64,000 bases of DNA, taken from positions 6,349 through 70,348 of the forward strand of contig JAQIJP010000018.1 in NCBI GenBank assembly GCA_036946185.1, in the 5' to 3' direction. This document shows positions 59,698 through 64,000 of the stretch, one piece after another. Origin of the DNA: Aeromicrobium erythreum (GTDB lineage: Bacteria; Actinomycetota; Actinomycetes; Propionibacteriales; Nocardioidaceae). Numbering within the stretch: the first letter of the stretch is position 1; each line of letters starts with the position of its first letter. A model generated the notes under the pieces. That model was given only the letters and a program-made list of their open reading frames with translations, was not told the DNA's origin and did not search any database. The position numbers and the translations under genes were made by a program.

Positions 59698-60005
59698 GCG
59701 CGGAGGAGATGCGTGAGCGCCTGATCCCGCTCTTCGAAGGTCTGCGCGGGGCGATGGTCACTGTCGAGGCGACCGGCGATCCGACGATCGCCTTCACCGA
59801 GTTCATGACCGTGTTCAGCGACGACCTCAACGAGGCGCACACACGCGGACCCGACGCTGTGCTGCGCACGTACGAAGGCATCTTCGGCGTGCTGGGCAGC
59901 GCCGTCTTCAACCTTGTCGGGCTCGCCGCAGCTCTCGACGGAGTGCCGCCCGACCAGCTGCTCGAGCAGGTCCTCATCACCCTGAAGGAGAACCGAGATG
60001 CCTGA
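59694..60005 (+). CDS. Hypothetical acidic protein directly upstream of the TMP-like gene
   Basis: ATGA overlap upstream; overlaps the TMP-like start. Confidence 0.7.
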   Translation: MSAEEMRERLIPLFEGLRGAMVTVEATGDPTIAFTEFMTVFSDDLNEAHTRGPDAVLRTYEGIFGVLGSAVFNLVGLAAALDGVPPDQLLEQVLITLKENRDA

Positions 60006-62180
60006 CGACGACATCATCGTCGGCTCAGCCGCCGTCGAGATCAACGCGACCACCCGCGGCTTCATCGCGGACCTGCGCGCGCAGATCGAGCCGGGCGTGC
60101 GGCAGCTCGCGGAGAACCTCGGCAAGGTCCTCGAGGACAAGATTGCCGCCGGCATCGCGAAGGGCACGGGCCAGGGGTTCACCACGGCCGAGCCGCTCGC
60201 GAAGCAGAAGGGCAAGCAGTCCGGCGAGGGCTTCGGCGGCGAGTTCGGCCGCCAGGCCCAGGCCCGCATCCGCGCGGGCCCTCGCCGCGCTGCCCGAGGC
60301 CAAGATCGGCGTGGCCAAGACCGAGGCCGAGCAGAAGCTCAAGGACCTCCGCGCCGAGATCGCCTCCCTCGGCGACAAGCGCATCGGCGTCGACATCGAC
60401 GCGGCCGAGGCCAAGGCGAAGATTCTCGAGCTGCAGGCCGAGCTCGCCGCGCTCGCCGCGCGATCGCCGGACATCGACGTCCGCGTGAACACCGCGGCGG
60501 CCGCGGCCGAGCTCGCCGCCTTCAGCGCCGCGATCGACCCGCTCCTCGACGCCGGCAGCGGACTCCCCGCTCTCGGCAGCGCCGGCAGCCGAGCTGCGGC
60601 TGGTACGTCGAGCGTCGCCGCGTCCTTCGGTGCGACCGCCGTGGCCGGCGCCGGACTGCTGGCAGTCCTCTCGCCCGTCCTCGGAGCACTCGGCGGCATC
60701 ATCGCCGCCCTCGGCGCCCCGCTCGGCGCCGCCACCCGCCGGCGGCACGCTCTACGCTCTGCTGGCCGGCAAGGCGATCAAGGACACGAACAAGGTCGCC
60801 AAGCAGATCGACGAGCTCCGCAAGAAGGCCGACACCCTCCAGGACCCGAAGGCAGCCCAGGCCGCCCGCGACCAGGCCAAGGCCCTCGAAGACTCGCTCA
60901 CCGGCCCGCAGAAGCGGTTCCTCGAGGCCAAGTCCGAGCTCTCCAAGGCCTTCGGCGAGTTCATGGACGGCCCCGCCGGCGACGCGGTGTTCGACCCGAT
61001 CGTCTCTGGCATGGAGCTGCTCGAGAAGATCCTGCCCAAGGTCAGCCCGCTCCTGGTCGAGACCAGCGACGCCGTCTCCGACCTCCTCGACAGCCTCGCG
61101 AAGAAGGCCGGCGGCTCCGACGAGTTCTTCGAGAGCCTCGGCAAGCTCGCAGGCGACGGCATCCGCGATGGTGGCCGCACGCTCGGCAATCTGGCGGGCG
61201 CGATCTCGTCGGTTCTGGAAGCTGGTTCCGACACCGGCGCCGCGGCCATGGACTCCATCGCCGACGGCGCGGAGCGGCTCTACAAGTACCTCAAGTCCCC
61301 GGAAGGCCAGGAGCAGCTCGAAGAGTTCTTCACCTGGCTCGAGGAACACGGTCCCGGCATCGCCGAGAACATCGGAGACCTGGCCGAGTACTTCGTGAAC
61401 TGGATGATCAGCGCCGCGCCGGTCGGTGAGCAGCTGCTCGACCTCGCGGGCGATGCCGCGAAGTTCGGCACCGCGATCACCAAGGTCGTGCGTCCTGTCT
61501 ACCGCTTCGCCGACGCCATCGACGCGGCGAAGGCGTTCACGTTCCCGCTTCGCCTCGGACTGTCCGGAATCATCGAGGCGGCAGCCGGCGTGATGACGGT
61601 CTTCGGCAAGATGCTCGGCGCACTGGCGCGCATCCCAGGCGACAAGTTCGAGTGGGCGCGCGAGGGCGCACGAGAGATGGACAAGGCCGCCGCCGATGCG
61701 CGCGGACTGGCGAAGGACGTCCGCGCTATCCCCGGCAAGAAGACGATCTTCGTCAAGGCGGAGACCGCCGAAGCGAAGCGCGCCATCAAGAACCTCATCG
61801 ACGCGGCCGAGTCCTGGGTGGTGAACCTGCCGATCGTCGGCGAGAAGGCCGGCGGCAACGCCAAGGGCACCAACAACTGGCGCGGCGGCTGGTCCTGGGT
61901 CGGCGAGGAGGGCCCCGAGCTGATGCGTCTGCCCGCGGGCACGCAGATCCGCTCCAACCCCGACTCGATGGCCATGGTCCGCGCGTCGGCACCCGCTCCG
62001 GCAGCCGTCATGGCCGCCACTGCCGGACCGTCCCTCGGCTTCGACCTCGGCCAGCTCGAGCCGAGCCTGCACGTCATCTCGGCCGAGACCAACCTCGACA
62101 CCGGCACGATCGAGGTCCTCGTGGAGGCCCACCTGGACAACCTCGTCGACTTCAACGACCAGCAGGATCGGTGGGAGTGA
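59998..62180 (+). CDS. Tape-measure-like protein (about 726 aa once two +1 frameshifts at about 60277 and 60736 are corrected)
   Basis: N-terminal IVGSAAVEINATTRGF; Ala/Gly-rich helical body; C-terminal NAKGTNNWRGGWSWVGEEGPEL. Confidence 0.75.
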
Positions 62181-62229
62181 GCGATGGGTCGTCTAGAGGG
62201 GACTGTCCCCGGGCGGTCCTAACCTTGAC

Positions 62230-62700
62230 ATGTACCCACCGAGCAACTCGCCGCTTCACCTGGAGGTCGGCCAGAGCACGTGGACGCCGCCGGCCGTCGC
62301 CTACGACGCGATCTGGTCGCTGACAGGTGACGAACCGGTCGTCGCGTCGTGCTGCCAGCGCACGCCCGAGGGCGCTAGCGGGGACTTCATCGCGTTCGCT
62401 GTCACGCCGACCCGGCTGGTCCGCGTGGTCGTAGAGGGCGAAGACGCTGATCGGGGCGAGCTCATCGCGGCCGACTCGTACTGGCTCGCTGACTCTCGGT
62501 CGATGCACGTTCTCCGCGTCCGAGAGCGGCGAACGGGTGAAGGCCGCGGTTGGAGCGCCGACTATGAGGTCGTCTTCGGCGACGTGCCCGTAGAGCTCCC
62601 GCGTGCAACGGAGTCTGGATTTGACGACGAGCGTCGTCGGATTGAGCTGATCACCTCGGCTGTGCGGGACGCCCGTTGTGGCGGAGGCGCTGCCTCGTGA
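62230..62700 (+). CDS. Hypothetical cargo protein
   Basis: ORF whose stop overlaps the next start (GTGA). Confidence 0.55.
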   Translation: MYPPSNSPLHLEVGQSTWTPPAVAYDAIWSLTGDEPVVASCCQRTPEGASGDFIAFAVTPTRLVRVVVEGEDADRGELIAADSYWLADSRSMHVLRVRERRTGEGRGWSADYEVVFGDVPVELPRATESGFDDERRRIELITSAVRDARCGGGAAS

Positions 62701-62903
62701 AGGTCACCGCCTACGCCACCCGCTCCGACGGCTGGTGGTCCGTCACCGTCCCTGAGGTCGACGGCGCCCTCACACAAGCTAGGAGTCTCGAGGAAGTGCC
62801 CGGCATGGTGGCCGATGCTGTCTCGCTTCTGGAGGACGTCTCCGTCGACGACGTCGAGGTCACGGTGGTGCAGGTCGCCGCGGCAAAGGCCGAAGGCTTG
62901 TGA
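62697..62903 (+). CDS. HicB-like antitoxin domain protein
   Basis: RSDGWWSVTVPEVDGALTQARSLEEVPGMVADAV. Confidence 0.75.
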   Translation: MKVTAYATRSDGWWSVTVPEVDGALTQARSLEEVPGMVADAVSLLEDVSVDDVEVTVVQVAAAKAEGL

Positions 62904-63235
62904 CGAAGTCCAGCCGCCGGCGCCGGCCACCCACCCCTGCGCAGCTGGCGCGCAAGGAGGCCCGGAAGCAGGCCGGCCTCCAGGCCGCGAAGCTCGAGCC
63001 CCTGCGGCCCGTGAAGGTGACGAGCCGGAAGTCGTCCGACGGTGCCCCGTTGCTCGAGGACGGTCAGGTCTACGCGACGCGGGGCGGGACCGTATTCCAC
63101 CCCGGCTGGTGCGGAACCGTCGGCGACCTCTGGGACAGGCACCCGACGTCGCTGCTCGTGGTGCTGCGGTCCGAGGTCGGCAGCCGCCGGGAGTGCCAGA
63201 ACTGCGCCTTGTACCCGCTGACCGGCAACTTCTAG
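62900..63235 (+). CDS. Hypothetical protein with a possible metal site (H..WC...CQNC)
   Basis: GTGA overlap; VYATRGGTVFHPGWC, ECQNC. Confidence 0.55.
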   Translation: MTKSSRRRRPPTPAQLARKEARKQAGLQAAKLEPLRPVKVTSRKSSDGAPLLEDGQVYATRGGTVFHPGWCGTVGDLWDRHPTSLLVVLRSEVGSRRECQNCALYPLTGNF

Positions 63236-63297
63236 GCGGTGTCGCACGATCCGCCGTTTCACTGCGGCCCGGGCGTAGCGAGTCCTACCCTGCTCGG

Positions 63298-63870
63298 ATG
63301 AGCGAGAACGACGAGGCTGCCCAGCCGCAGCCCGAGGCCGTCACCCGCGCCTGCCGGAAGTGCAGTGCCGTCAGCACCACCGAGGGCGCCTTCTGCCCGC
63401 AGTGCGGCACGCCGTTCATGCGCGGCCAGAACAAGAAGGGCCGGCGCAGGCTCGTCGCGTTGGTTGCCGCGATCCTCGTCCTCGCACTGGCCGGCGGAGG
63501 CGCGGCGTACGCGTTCAAGGAGAAGTCCGACCGTGACGCGGCGGCAGCCCAGGCTGATCGTGAGCGGGCCGCCAAGCGCGCCGACGACGCGAAGCGCGCG
63601 GAGCGCCAGGAGTACGTGAAGTTCCTCGAACAGACCATCACCAAGGACGCGAAGAAGGACTACGACCCGGACGGCCTCATCGACAAGAAGGTCAAGGAGA
63701 CCTCCTGCACGGCGACCGGCGGGGGATCCGTCGACGACCTCACCGCCCTGACGGGCACCTTCGAGTGCATCGCGGCGCACACGATCAAGGACGGCACGAT
63801 GACCGGCTTCCGCTACTCCGGCACGATCGACTGGAACACCGGAGACGTCACCTGGAAGCTCGGAGGCTAG
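63298..63870 (+). CDS. Zinc-ribbon membrane protein
   Basis: CRKC...FCPQCG, TM segment, external domain with 2 Cys. Confidence 0.8.
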   Translation: MSENDEAAQPQPEAVTRACRKCSAVSTTEGAFCPQCGTPFMRGQNKKGRRRLVALVAAILVLALAGGGAAYAFKEKSDRDAAAAQADRERAAKRADDAKRAERQEYVKFLEQTITKDAKKDYDPDGLIDKKVKETSCTATGGGSVDDLTALTGTFECIAAHTIKDGTMTGFRYSGTIDWNTGDVTWKLGG

Positions 63871-63935
63871 ACCGGCGTCGAGTGCCCGCCAAGTACCCCA
63901 ATAGATCGACTACTGAGAAGACCTAGGACCCCAGG

Positions 63936-64000
63936 ATGCCCAAGCTCACGATCGAGTTGCCGAGCAACAACAAGATCAACAAGGCCGGCAAGTTCCTCCG
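63936..64000 (+). CDS. Start of an ORF (MPKLTIELPSNNKINKAGKFLR), possibly a RelA/SpoT-domain protein; truncated by window
   Basis: S-x3-I-N-K-A-G-x2-L resembles the N-termini of mobile small alarmone synthetases; only about 21 codons visible. Confidence 0.4.
   Translation, partial: MPKLTIELPSNNKINKAGKFL

Larger units (their letters stand above)
52720..64000. mobile_element. Integrated phage-satellite-like element (right end beyond window)
   Basis: Tyrosine integrase, divergent regulator/excisionase, helicase, WhiB, HNH, TMP-like gene; visibly more A/T-ending codons than the host genes; interrupts cpaF. Confidence 0.85.

Noticed and set aside
60276-60737. Programmed frameshifting in the tail region
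   Set aside because: Programmed shifts occur in the chaperone gene at slippery heptamers. These shifts are inside the TMP-like gene, lack such heptamers, and match the error pattern seen elsewhere in the window.
63987-63994. GCAAGTTC matching the cpaF junction (52712-52719) as a possible attR
   Set aside because: It is only 8 bp, it also occurs in host genes (about 27793), and it lies inside an apparent new ORF. It cannot be supported without downstream sequence.

Overview
High-GC actinobacterial chromosome. Gene content and order look Nocardioidaceae/Aeromicrobium-like, which is an inference. Positions 1 to about 52,720 are mostly core genes: ssrA (tmRNA), lhr-nei2, pncB, clpS-DUF2017-mec-cysO-cysM, murI-MBL hydrolase-rph-rdgB, trmL, tRNA-Leu(TAG), bcp, two CoA-ester lyases, ald/aldR, a His-rich protein with an ArsR/SmtB regulator, and tRNA-Lys(CTT). 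Several intergenic palindrome families are interspersed. At about 52,720 a Tad-pilus ATPase gene (cpaF/tadA) breaks off. From there an integrated phage-satellite-like element runs past the window end. It carries a HEPN-like gene, a tyrosine integrase, an HTH regulator, an excisionase, a P4/D5-type helicase with a Cys/His-rich N-terminus, WhiB, HNH and a Zn-finger protein. It also carries a tape-measure-like protein, although no capsid, portal, terminase or other tail gene is visible, followed by cargo genes (orphan HicB-like gene, probable start of a RelA/SpoT-domain gene). Other notable features are an unannotated uORF-terminator-antiterminator leader ahead of a small unknown gene (40.9-41.4 kb) and a CysO with 13 residues after its diglycine. 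Four single-base insertions in short homopolymer runs are probably sequencing errors. All product calls rest on motif recognition by eye; no database searches were run.
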